A DNA stretch of 63,226 bases, the filler included, from Octopus bimaculoides (lineage: Eukaryota), in the NCBI RefSeq assembly GCF_001194135.2. It is 8 parts of 8 records of this genome, joined end to end, with 100 filler letters (N's around TTAATTAATTAA, not from the genome) between each part and the next. Parts side by side here need not be neighbours in the genome. Positions count along the whole stretch, not along the records: positions 1 to 17,269 come from NC_068982.1; positions 17,370 to 20,660 come from NC_068983.1; positions 20,761 to 39,008 come from NC_068981.1; 5 more parts are not named here. One strand, 5' to 3'. Under the pieces are notes generated by a model. That model worked only from the letters and a program-made list of their open reading frames with translations. It was not told the origin of the DNA and made no database searches. Positions 10,789 through 22,017 of the stretch are shown piece after piece (within the stretch, counting starts at the first letter, position 1; each line of letters starts with the position of its first letter). Made by a program: the position numbers and the translations under genes.

Positions 10789-13318
10789 TCATCATCATCA
10801 TCATCATCATCATCGTTTAACGTCCGCTTTCCATGCTAGCAAGGGTTGAGCGATTTGACTGAGGACTGGCGAACCAGATGGCTGCACCAGGCTCCAATTT
10901 GATCTGGCAGAGTTTCTACAGCTGGATGCCCTTCCTAACGCCAACCACTCTGAGAGTGTGGTGGGTGCTTTTAAGTTCCACCAGCACGAGGGCAAGTCAG
11001 GCGGTACTGGCAATGGCTGCGCTCAAGTGGTATTTTTTACGTGCCACCTGCACAGGAGCCAGTACAGCGGCACTGGCAACAACCTCGCTCGCATGTTTTT
11101 TCCCGTGCCAGTAAGGCGACGCTAGTAACGATCATGTTCGAATGGTGCTTTTTATGTGCCACCGGTATGGAAGCCAGTCAGCTACTCTGGCAGCGATTAT
11201 GCTCGAATGATGCTCTTAGCGCTACACTGGCACGCGTGCCAGTCATCAAATTTGTGAATTTGATTTGATTTCAATTTCACTTGCTTCAACAGGTCTTCGC
11301 AAGCAGAGTTTAGTGTCCAATGAAGGAAAGGTATGCATAAGTGGTCTGGTTACGCCCTTGGCATAGGCCACGGGTTATGGTCTCACTTGGCTTGCCGAGT
11401 CTTTTCACGCACTGCATATTTCCAAAGGTCTCGGTTACTAGTCATTGCTCGGTGCGACCTAATGTTCAAAGGTCGTGCTTCACCACCTCATCCCAGGTCT
11501 TCCTGGGTCTTACCTCTTCCACAGGTTCCCTCAACTGCTAGGGTATGACACTTTTTTCCCACAGCTGTCCTCGTTCATTTCCAAAAGATGACCATACCAG
11601 CACAGTCGTCTCTCTTGCACACCACATCTAATGCTTCTTAGGTTCAACTTTTCTCTCAAGGCACTTACACTGTTGTGTATGCACACTGACATTATACATC
11701 CAGCGGAGCATACTGGCTTCATTCCTTGCAAGCTTATGCATATCCTCAGCAGTCATGGCCCATGCTTTACTGCCATGTAGCATGGCTGTTCGTACACATG
11801 CGTCATACAGTCTACCTTTTACTCTGAGCGAGAGGCCCTTTGTCACCAGCAGAGGTCAGAGCTCTCTGAACTTTGCCCAGGCTATTATTATTCTAGCAGC
11901 TACACTTTCAGCGCACCCTCCCCCACTACTAACTTGGTCACCTAGATAACGGAAGCTATCAACTACTTCTAGTTTTTCTCCCTGGAATGTGGCAAAGGTT
12001 GTTTTCTGCACATTTTCAGTGTTTATTGCTCCTGAGCATCTGCTACATACAAAAACTATCTTGCTAGTTAGCCTTCCTTTGATATTGCTGCACCTCTTAT
12101 GTGTCCATAGCTTCTTTGCCTTTCCTACAGATCGAGCAGGGCCATCTACCTGAAGGGGTTTGTGGTTTGTCTGCCTTCCTACTTATTAGGACTTTGGTTT
12201 TAGCTAGGTTGACTCTAAGGCCCTTCGATTCTAATCTTTGTTTCCACACTTGAAACTTCTTCTCTAGTTCTGATAGTGACTCAGCAATTAGAGCAAGGTC
12301 GTCAACATAGAGGAGCTCTCAGGGGCAACGTGTCTTGAATTCTTCTGTTATTGCCTGGAGGACTATGATAAATAGGAGGGGGCTGACGACTGAACCTTCG
12401 TGGACCCTTACCTCTACCCGGAATTCTTCACTGTACTCATTGCCAACCCTCAACTTACTGACAGCGTCCCTGTACATGGCTTGCACAGCTCTCACTAACC
12501 ATTCATCTATCCCTAGTTTCCTCATTGACCACCAGATAAGGGAGTGGGGGACCCTGTCAAAGGCTTTCTCCATGTCAACAAAAGCCAGGTACAGAGGTTT
12601 ATCTTTGGCTGGGTATTTCTCCTGTGGCTGTCTTACCAGAAATATAGCATCAGTGGTGCTTTTCCCTGGCACAAACCCAAACTGCATCTCATCTAAACTG
12701 ACTCTCTCCCTAATTAGTTGGACTATGACACTCTCTGTGACCTTCATTACCTGATCCAACAACTTTATGCCTCTGTAATTATTTGTGTCTAAAGCGTCAC
12801 CTTTATCTTTGTAGCAGTTGACTATAGTGCTGCTACACCAGTCATTGGGCATGACTCCTTCGTGTATCACCTGGTTAACTATACAGGTGACTAGGCTACA
12901 GCCGACACTACCAGATATTTTGAGCATCTTTGCAGTGATTCCTGATGGGCTGGGGGCTTTCCTGTCTTCATACTCTTAATTGCTTTATCCACCATGGTAC
13001 TGTCAATTTGGATAGCTAGTCCCTCTGTTGGGTTGACATTCTGCAGACTCTCTTTCTCCCATTCATTCTCTTTATTGAGCAACCCTTCATAGTGACGTGT
13101 CCAAACCTCTCTCTTTGCAGCCACGTTTAGTGCAAGTGAACCATCATCCACGTGGACACATTTCTCTCCTATGACATCACGATTCTCTCTCACACACTGT
13201 CTTGCAGCACGAAATACTTCAAGTCTTTGGTCCTCACGGTGCAGAACATTGGCAAATCTGGCTAAATAAACCTGTCTCCTAGCTTCCCTTCTGGCAATTC
13301 CCTGCTACCACCGTTCTT
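10789..13318 (-). mobile_element. RTE-clade LINE, 5'-truncated, with a decayed reverse transcriptase
   Basis: RT motifs YRGIKLLDQVMKV, QFGFVPGKSTTDAIF, FVDMEKAFDRVP, EGSVVSPLLF and, after a premature stop, ELLYVDDLAL. C-terminal LRVKGRLYDACVRTAMLHGS, a 3' UTR and a (GAT)n tail at 10789-10815. Confidence 0.95.
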
Positions 13319-13679
13319 TCAGTATATGTTCAGTATTTGGAGTCAGGACATGTGCAGATTTGTATGCTTTATTTTATGCATGTAGTTCATGCATATAGTT
13401 GCATGTCTAGACATGCACATATATACTTAAATGATAAACTTCTGGAAAGTTTTACAGATTTTATAGTTCCTGTGATGGCTTGGGTCTGTAGCTTTCATAT
13501 CAGCTTTCTTCCTTCTGGTTTTGAGAAGCCTAATCTTTCAATATTGGTACTTAGGCAATGTGTTGCATATCCCAGTGCCCCAATATGTGTATGCATGTGT
13601 GCATGCGTGTATGTATGTATGTATGTATGTGTGTGCATGTGCATGCATGCATGTAAGTATGCATGTATGTATGCATGTA

Positions 13680-13711
<32 letters not shown>

Positions 13712-13879
13712 CATGCATAAAATTATGAGTGTTAGTTGGCAGCAGTTTCCATATATAAGTTTAGTGAAGGGTGAGAGAGTCAGAGTGATGAGGATAATGT
13801 GGCCTGCACTGGTGATTTGAAGGTTATGTATTTATATGTGGTGGTAAATAGGGCAGTATTCATATGCTAGTTACATAAT

Positions 13880-14197
13880 TATATGTATACTGGCACTCTA
13901 TTAGTTATGAAAGCGAAGTTGATTCAATCAATGGAACAGCCTGCTCATGAAATTAATGTGCATGTGGCTGAGCACTCTACAGAAACGTGTACCCTTAACA
14001 TAGTTCTCAGGGAGATTCAGCATGACACAGAATGTGACAAAGCCTGGCCCTTTGAAATATACTCATTTTTGTCAGCTAAGTGGACTGGAGCAATGTGAAA
14101 TAAAGTCTCTTGCTCAAGGAGACAACATATTGCCAGGAATTGAACTCATGACCTTACACTCATGAGCCAAGCACCCTAAGCACTAAGCCATGTGCCT
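13880..14197 (-). mobile_element. tRNA-derived SINE family D with a conserved-type central domain
   Basis: tRNA-like head followed by ccttgagcaagagactttatttcacattgctccagtccac, which resembles Meta/V/CORE-type SINE central domains. Other copies lie at ~52150-52240 and 59225-59342. Confidence 0.7.
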
Positions 14198-14670
14198 TCA
14201 CAGTTAGTTATTTTATCCTGGGAAACTCATGAGTGAAAATATTTCCAGTTTTTAGGTCATTTTTGATAGTAGTAAGATTTAGATAATAAGTATGGGCACA
14301 GAAATGGCAGTCTGATTAAGAAGTGCACATCATAACAAAGTGATCTCAGGTTCAATTCCACTTCAAAACACCTCAGACAAGTATCTTCTGCTATAGTCCA
14401 AAGTCAACTAAAGCTTTGTGAATAGACTTGGTCAGTGGAAACTAAAAGAAGCTATTGTACGTGTGTGTTTGTGTCTCCTTGTCAAGACATTGAGCTCTAA
14501 ATGTAAACAAATATCTCTGTCAGACAAGCAATGGCATTTATTTGCAATTTTCCATGAGAAATATCCAACCATTATGCTATGCATGTTCTACAGACAAGTG
14601 GATATATTTCCTTGCTTGGAAACAGATAAAGGTTGATGACAGGAAGAGCATCCAGCCATACAAAATCTTT

Positions 14671-14683
<13 letters not shown>

Positions 14684-14702
<19 letters not shown>

Positions 14703-14870
14703 TCCTTTAACGTCCACTTTCCATGCTTGCATGGGTCAGAGAGTTTGACTGGAACTGGAACTGATATGACATGGTTTTTACAGCTGGATGCCCTTCCTAA
14801 TGTCAACCACTTCAAGAGAGTAAAGGGTACTTTTTACGTTCCACTGGCACAGGTGCCATTTACATGCCAC
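14684..14870 (-). mobile_element. RTE 3'-tail fragment
   Basis: (CAT)n followed by tttaacgtccactttccatgc...cagctggatgcccttcctaa, the same as 10810-10950. Related pieces lie at ~5700-5900, ~14560-14665 (plus) and ~16560-16620. Confidence 0.8.
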
Positions 14871-15357
14871 TGTTAAAATGGTAAAGATGATGGTGGTGGT
14901 GGTGGTGTTGGTGCTTCATGTTAGCCAGTCATGCTCACTTATGAGTAACAGCTATGTTTAGTACACCCGTATTCATCAATGCTTCAATAAATTTTTTAAA
15001 TAGCCATGAATTTGAAGGTATTTTGTAAAAGAATGGAACTTTTTTTTTCTTATTAAGCATCAATGTAAGTAAACAAAAGGTTCTTACATAGAATATAAGA
15101 AATGCTGGAAAACAAGAGATTTTGTGTAGCAGAACTAGAAGCCATTTCATGTAGTTTCAGAATGTCAAAGAGTGAAAGATTGAAGAAAAATTTGTTGGAG
15201 GAAATTCAGCTGCTACACTGTGCAACAGTTCAGGCAGCTTAAACCTGTGTTGTTGCTACTGCTGCTATTGCAGCTGTTACTGTTGTTGTTTCTGTTATCA
15301 TGATTACTGTGTTGCTATTATTGTTGCTCATGTTTTGTCGTTGTTGCTTTTGTTGTT

Positions 15358-15465
15358 TTTTACCTCCACCAAGGAAGGAGGTTATGTTTTCATTGGCGTT
15401 GGTTTGTCTATCTGTCCGTCTGTGTGCAAAATAACTCAAAAAGTTGTGAACGGTGTTTGATAGAA
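15358..15465 (+). mobile_element. Helentron/DINE-like non-autonomous element fragment
   Basis: ttacctccaccaagga..ggaggttatgttttc..(tctg)..ataactcaaaaagttgtgaacgg resembles, from memory, DINE/HINE-type elements with an internal microsatellite. Similar pieces lie at ~27575-27760 and ~48325-48560. Confidence 0.4.
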
Positions 15466-15639
15466 TTTGTTTTGTTGTTGTCATTGCCATTGCTTTCATT
15501 TTCACTTTGCTATCATCATTGCTGTTTCTGTTGTTGTTTAACTTCCCTTTTTTATTAAATCAACTTCTTTTGCAGACAATGTGTATCTAGAACTGCATCA
15601 TCTAACATTGATTTCAAATTTTGGCACCAGACCAGCAAT

Positions 15640-15812
15640 TTTGGGGGAGGGGGTAAGTCGATTACATTGACTGGTCCTTATTTTATCAATCCTGAAAGGA
15701 TGAAAGACAAAGTCAACCTCAGCAGCACTTGAACTCAGAATATAAAGACAGACAAACTGCCGCCAAGCATTTTGCCCAGCATGCTAATGATTCTGGCAGC
15801 TTGCCACCTTCA
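15640..15812 (-). mobile_element. tRNA-derived SINE family B
   Basis: Reverse complement of ttctgagttcaa...gttgactttgtctttcatcctttcagg..gataaaataag.accag. Further copies lie at ~2615-2705, 39930-40090 (minus), 41495-41625 and 60005-60085. Confidence 0.85.
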
Positions 15813-16149
15813 GGCATTATCAAATAATATTTTATTTTTGTGTGATATTTTTTAATGGCAGAATAGATTATGAGGAAAGTTTGGTCCTTATTTCTAGCTG
15901 ATCAAGTGTCACATGAATGCTGTTTTATTTTTCCTCGAGATACCTGCTGCTTATGAGTGGGAGTGGTGGTGGGGTGTCATGATATATGTGATGGTAAAGG
16001 CAATAGTGATAGCAAGGGTGAAAATGGTAGTAGTGTGATAGAGTGATGATAATAATGGTAACTATGTGATTGTTGTTGTTGTTGTTGTTGTTGTGGTGGT
16101 GGTGGTGGTGAAAACATATACATGTAAACAAAAGCTCATATCTAAAAAA

Positions 16150-16500
16150 AACTTTCTTACTCTGACAGCTTGATATCGCCCTCCTTTGCCTCGGAGCAGT
16201 ACCAGGGCTGCCTGCCTTACTATGGATTGCTGGGTAAACAGTAATTTCTTGGTAATTGTACTCTCTTGTTGAGGCTATAAGAGAAGAAACACAGAATGAA
16301 TTTATAATAGTAAAACAAAAAGTAGAAATTTATGACAGGAATGTAACTACACACATGCTGTTGGTAATTTCTTTTCCTTCTTTGGACATTTCCCTTTCTC
16401 CTTTCTGATGAAAAGCTATGCTTGAAACGTCTAACTCTCTCTTTTTAGCACCAAGCTAATACATTTCTTGTGCATGTCCTCTAGTTGTCTGTTAAATTTT
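16150..16500 (+). mobile_element. Probable Penelope-like element tail with a hammerhead motif
   Basis: CTGATGA-a-aagc-tat-gctt-GAAAC-GTC at 16405-16431. The PLE assignment is inferred from the motif type. Confidence 0.5.
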
Positions 16501-16820
16501 TTCCTTTATTTGAATTGATTGTTTATTTAAATTGACTATATATGCGCAACACTATTTGTGTGGCAAATTTCTACAGCCGGATGCCCTTCCTGCCGCCAAC
16601 CCCCACCTGTTGCCAAGCGAGGTAGTTAGATATATATATATATACACACACATGCATGTATTTCTGTATATATATGAATATGTGTGAGTATGTATGTACA
16701 CACACATATATATATGTATATCTATATAAGGAAATAATTTTAATTTCAAATACAGGATAATGCTAATAATATAGCATCAATAGGATAAACTACCCATACT
16801 TTGCAGAAAAATCTGTCAGC

Positions 16821-16892
16821 GACCAGCCATGAGACTCAAACTCACATCCCTGTGATTACGTGTCAAGTGCTTTACCATTAAGCTAAACTGCC
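16821..16892 (-). pseudogene. tRNA-like sequence (Thr-CGT-like pseudogene or repeat head)
   Basis: GGCAGTT TA GCTT AATGGTA AAGC A CTTGA CACGTAA TCACA GGGAT GTGAG TTTGAGT CTCAT GGCTGGT C. The D and T arms pair, while the acceptor and anticodon stems are mismatched. Confidence 0.65.
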
Positions 16893-17238
16893 CAGCAACA
16901 AATTCTTCTGCAATTTTAGGATATATTAATCTAACTTTATAAGATGCTATCGTATGTTAAATTGAACTTATGTTGAAACTCAACAAATAAAGTTTGCTTT
17001 AGAAGTGTTGAGATGTATTGAAAGATACAGATAAAGAAATAATTTTATTCTCAAACAAGTCTCATGACTGGCTACCAACAGATTTTTCTGCAAAATAAGG
17101 GGAAGTTTATTCTGTTCATGCTATATTATTAGCATTATCCTGCATTTGAGAATAAAATTATTTCCTTATCTGTATCTTTCAATACATCTCAACACTTCTA
17201 AAGCAAACTTTGTTTGTTGACTTTCAATGTAAGTTGAA

Positions 17239-17269
<31 letters not shown>

Positions 17270-17369
17270 NNNNNNNNNNNNNNNNNNNNNNNNNNNNNNN
17301 NNNNNNNNNNNNNTTAATTAATTAANNNNNNNNNNNNNNNNNNNNNNNNNNNNNNNNNNNNNNNNNNNN
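17270..17369. other. Assembly gap placeholder: 44 N + TTAATTAATTAA + 44 N
   Basis: The same 12-mer (stop codons in all six frames) is centred in N runs at 17314, 20705, 39053, 43238, 45601, 47817 and 59564. Confidence 0.95.
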
Positions 17370-17898
17370 TATATATATATGTATAAATATATTTATATAT
17401 ATACATACATATGTATATATGTATATAGTAACAGATATACATATATATATATACATATATATATAATGTATATATATATACATATATATATAATGTGTGT
17501 GTGTGTGTGTGTGTGTGTTTATTTCTTTATAATTCCCCTCCTCTCCCTATCCCTCTCTTGATCCATTTCGATTTTTGTTTATTTTCCGTCTTTGCATTAT
17601 TTTATTTGCTCTTTCTGCACGTAGAATGTAAACAAAAGACAAAGCTGTCACTTCGCATAGTTACCGCGATATACAGCCTTATATGTACGTCTATGTACGT
17701 CTACATGTATACACAGACATAAAAGTGTATGCCTGTTCATCATGCCTGCTGTATATATATATATATATATATATATATTTACTATAGAGTTAGGTTTATT
17801 AAAACATACAATTATGCATTATACATACACAATATACCATATAAATATTGTATACATGTGCGTGTGTGTGTATCTATCTATCTATCTATCTATTTATA

Positions 17899-17945
<47 letters not shown>

Positions 17946-18095
17946 NNNNNNNNNNNNNNNNNNNNNNNNNNNNNNNACACACACAAATACACACACACAC
18001 ACACACGCACACACACACACGTTAACTTAGATATGTTTCGACCGAAGATTGGTCCAGGCCATGTCTAACTTAATAGCACCACCTGATATATATAC

Positions 18096-18135
<40 letters not shown>

Positions 18136-18611
18136 ATATATAATATATAGACATATGTATACATATGTATGCACGTGTATTCATTGATATACATACTTAA
18201 TTTACGCGCACACACACACTAATTTATTAACATGCATAAAGTAAATATATATACGTAAATACACATATACACATACATATATATAAATATATATATATAT
18301 ATGTTAATAAATTAGTATGTGTGCGCGTAAATTATGTATGTGTATACCTATNNNNNNNNNNNNNNNNNNNNNNNNNNNNNNNNNNNNNNNNNNNNNNNNN
18401 NNNNNNNNNNNNNNNNNNNNNNNNNNNNNNNNNNNNNNNNNNNNNNNNNNNNNNNNNNNNNNNNNNNNNNNNNNNNNNNNNNNNNNNNNNNNNNNNNNNN
18501 NNNNNNNNNNNNNNNNNNNNNNNNNNNNNNNNNNNNGTGTCTTACACTATAGCCTCGAGCCGACTAAAGCGCTGAGTAGATTTCATGGACAGAAACTGAA
18601 AGAAGCACGTC

Positions 18612-18649
<38 letters not shown>

Positions 18650-19039
18650 TTAAAGATGAAATGTCCTTCATAGAGCGACTTGTATTAATGCCTAAGTTTG
18701 TTGCAATTTTTTTTTTTTTGTTTGTTGTTGAATACTTGTCCATAGAGTAAAAATACCAAGAGAAGCTAGACGCTCAATAAAGCTAAAACCATTCGTGGCT
18801 AGATTCCATCCTTAGATCGACCTAAAAATATTCACTGAACAGAATTGTTTACAATTTACCCCACAGCCAAACATCGACAGGAAACTCCATATGTTTAATC
18901 GTATAAAATCGTGACTATATGAGTTCTTATCGAGAGACGTGAAGTCGTGTACTCCATTATCGCAGTTAGTTTTGTGGACAGAAATAGGGGACAGTGTCGC
19001 TGACGGGAGAAAAGTGCTTCTTGGTATTTTAATGGTGTT

Positions 19040-19400
19040 GCTGATCATTAAGAACTACCAGCCGTCCCAAAGTTGGCCACCACAAAGACGACATAAAATC
19101 ATCTATTGAATAACATTTTATGCTTCTCATTAAACAAGTGTGTGATTTGGGACAGATTTTGCTCTTATTTCTAGCATATTGTCTGACCACGAAAAGGCGT
19201 TCTCCTCGTGTCCTTGACAGGAAGGACAATACTTTAGATAGTTTAGTGATGTTGATCACTAAGAAGACCACCAGCCTTTCCAAAATTGACCAACACAAAG
19301 ACGACGTTAAATATCACCTTTAACTTCATATCGTGATTTGGGCCAGATTTCGCTGTTATTTCTAGCATATCATCCGACTAGGGAGAGGCCTTCTCACTGA
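19040..19400. repeat. Diverged tandem duplication with a ~200-bp period
   Basis: Two copies of gatca.taagaa..accagcc.t.ccaaa.ttg.cca.cacaaagacgac...gtgatttggg.cagattt.gct.ttatttctagcatat, starting near 19040 and 19245. Confidence 0.75.
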
Positions 19401-20627
19401 TATACTTTTTGCTGTTAATTCGAAAGGCGTTCTAGCCGTGGCCACCCCATGNNNNNNNNNNNNNNNNNNNNNNNNNNNNNNNNNNNNNNNNNNNNNNNNN
19501 NNNNNNNNNNNNNNNNNNNNNNNNNNNNNNNNNNNNNNNNNNNNNNNNNNNNNNNNNNNNNNNNNNNNNNNNNNNNNNNNNNNNNNNNNNNNNNNNNNNN
19601 NNNNNNNNNNNNNNNNNNNNNNNNNNNNNNNNNNNNNNNNNNNNNNNNNNNNNNNNNNNNNNNNNNNNNNNNNNNNNNNNNNNNNNNNNNNNNNNNNNNN
19701 NNNNNNNNNNNNNNNNNNNNNNNNNNNNNNNNNNNNNNNNNNTGCCCAGTTGGGTGTTTTGAAGGTCACATCTGACCCGAACCTCTTCAACACCACTACA
19801 AACATCCAAATTTGACCTTTATCTTTTGATAAGCTCCACCTACTGCTGGACTGCGGCCATGGTGGGACACTGCCCTGAAAAGGTCTTAGTCAAACAGATC
19901 GACACAGTACTTTTTTTTTTTTTCAAGCAATCCTTCGGTATTGGTACACGACTTAATTCACCCACATGACATAAAGAGACTAGGTTGAAAAAGAGGGTGA
20001 ATTACATCGTCTACTCATACCGACAATTTGGAGACCAATACCGAAGGAACGCCACTTTTTTTTTTTTTTTTTTTAAGCCTGCTTCTTTATCAGTAAAGCT
20101 CTTTTACCGAATCCAGTTACGGGGTTACAAATATATCAACACAGCCGTTATGTGCATTGGGCGGAGAACGAACCCAAACACACGCTCTTATTCACGAGAC
20201 ACGTTTGTGTTACTTCTACATAATAGAAAGTGTGACACCAAATCCATGGCCATAAGTGTAATACTGTGTGTGTGTGTGACTATGTGACTGTGACTGACAG
20301 CGTGTGTGCGTGAGACAGCGTTACTGTGTATGTTTACAGAACGAAAACCAGAGACTAACATGGACGGCTTTCTCACGGCGTAGTGATATCCTTAGAACGA
20401 CTGCAGTACAACCACTTCGTTATATTTTGGGGTAGCTACATACGCCTGTTACCATGTGGGTCTATTATAGATACACTAAACTCTGTGTGCGTGTGTGTAT
20501 GTGTGTGTGTGTGTATGCTTTCTTTTTCTCTTTTCACTTCTTTCAGTATAGACGGTGTGCATGCTTGTATATATATATATAAATATGTATGCATACATGT
20601 ATATATATATATATATATATGTATGTA

Positions 20628-20660
<33 letters not shown>

Positions 20661-20760
20661 NNNNNNNNNNNNNNNNNNNNNNNNNNNNNNNNNNNNNNNN
20701 NNNNTTAATTAATTAANNNNNNNNNNNNNNNNNNNNNNNNNNNNNNNNNNNNNNNNNNNN

Positions 20761-20844
<84 letters not shown>

Positions 20845-20912
20845 TCACTGTCTGGAATCGAAATCGGAATATTGGGGTTAGTAGCCCGCCGTCTTAATGA
20901 CTACGTCATATG
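20761..20912 (-). mobile_element. tRNA-like SINE head followed by (AAT)n
   Basis: The reverse complement gacgtagtcattaagacggcgggctactaaccccaatattccgatttcgattccagacagtgacctg carries A/B-box-like motifs. Confidence 0.7.
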
Positions 20913-20984
20913 TCTGCGGGCAATAATAATAATAACATCGGAAATTACCTTAGGAATGAGAACCCAGGTTCGAAATTTCCCCGA

Positions 20985-21030
20985 GACACCTGATCAAGGC
21001 TGGACGGTATATCAGCCGAAACGTTGTGTT
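20985..21030 (+). ncRNA. Minimal type-I hammerhead ribozyme motif (core G8>C, probably inactive copy)
   Basis: Stem I gacac/gtgtt, core CTGATCA plus one extra A, stem II ggctg/cagcc, GAAAC, palindromic stem III AACGTT and a GUU cleavage triplet. Confidence 0.7.
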
Positions 21031-21129
21031 AACAACAAACAAGATGAGGACAAATATCCGTCAAATGTAAAGACTGTACTTACTTCCTTATCTCTTAAAT
21101 ATAGAACAGGCATTTATTAGTTTAAAAAT

Positions 21130-22017
21130 TCAAGAACAAAAGTTTACAATATACTCTAGGATTTTATAAAGTAAATTATCTTTCTCAAATCTCCTTCTCC
21201 ACATAAATTTGCAAAGATATGAGTCAACCATGGAACGTTGTGTCCCACATCGGCTTTTGTTTCCACTCTTTAAAGACGCCCATGTACTCTCAATTTGTTG
21301 AGTGTGGGTCCCATGTTTTGAGTTTATAAATTCAATGATATGGTTCACAGTTTTATGTTTGAAATCATAGACATCGATTTCTGAGATATGATTATAAGCT
21401 CGCCACAGTTCACTGAAGATAGTGGTTCGTAGAAGAAGCGAGTGCCTTATGCAGTCCTCTAGTGTTTCACGGTTACGACTTGATACAGCGTAAAGGAAAA
21501 CGTCTCCCGTATCACAACATACTCTTTCAAAAACGCACTGTTCAGTTAATATCCTCCCTCGGTTGCACTTGCGTTTTGAGTACCCTGTTTCGTCTATCTC
21601 AACAATCTTTTCGGGACTACCTATCTGAACTGGGTTGCGGAGCAGTTCATTCCCACGCAACTCACGAACATATTTGTTGTAAAGAACAACTGTGCTCGGA
21701 TTCATACCCAGTTCTTGCGTACAGAAACATATTGAGGTCATTTCCGTGACTCAGGCGTATAAAAAAAAGAAGCATCGTTTTCAGAAAAAGGGAGCCACCT
21801 ACCAACCATATATCTTTTCGGAGAGGCACCGATACATTGCAGCCTCTCCGTTGGCAACGCCAGTACAGATCCCCACGAATTTCTTTTTCTTTATGGGATG
21901 TCCTTTCTGACAAATCTTCTTTTCTGGTATCATTCCTTTCTCTTGGAAGAGATAAGATGCATCCTCTTCCGTCTTCACTCTTTCCATCAAACCGGAAAAG
22001 TTTAAAGGTGTGGCCAT
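21130..22017 (-). mobile_element. Merlin (IS1595/ISXO2-like) transposase pseudogene
   Basis: N-terminal Cys/His cluster (CQKGH; YWRCQRRGC) across frameshifts, then VEIDET, TIFSELWRAY, TVNH and HTQQIESTW. No TIRs were found. Confidence 0.9.

Noticed and set aside
13790-13820. IMWPA resembling the MRCK CNH motif LMWPA
   Set aside because: It is on the wrong strand and the surrounding residues do not match.
17314-17325. TTAATTAATTAA recurring seven times like a conserved motif
   Set aside because: It is always centred in N runs (44 N each side where counted), is palindromic and has stops in all six frames. It is an assembly placeholder.
18026-18068. Another hammerhead (minus: ttaga..gacc/ggtc GAAAC ATA tctaa)
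   Set aside because: The stems and GAAAC fit, but no CTGANGA core is recognisable.
21130-21741. Bacterial IS1595 or contamination
   Set aside because: It is embedded among host SINEs and microsatellites and is decayed, which fits eukaryotic Merlin.
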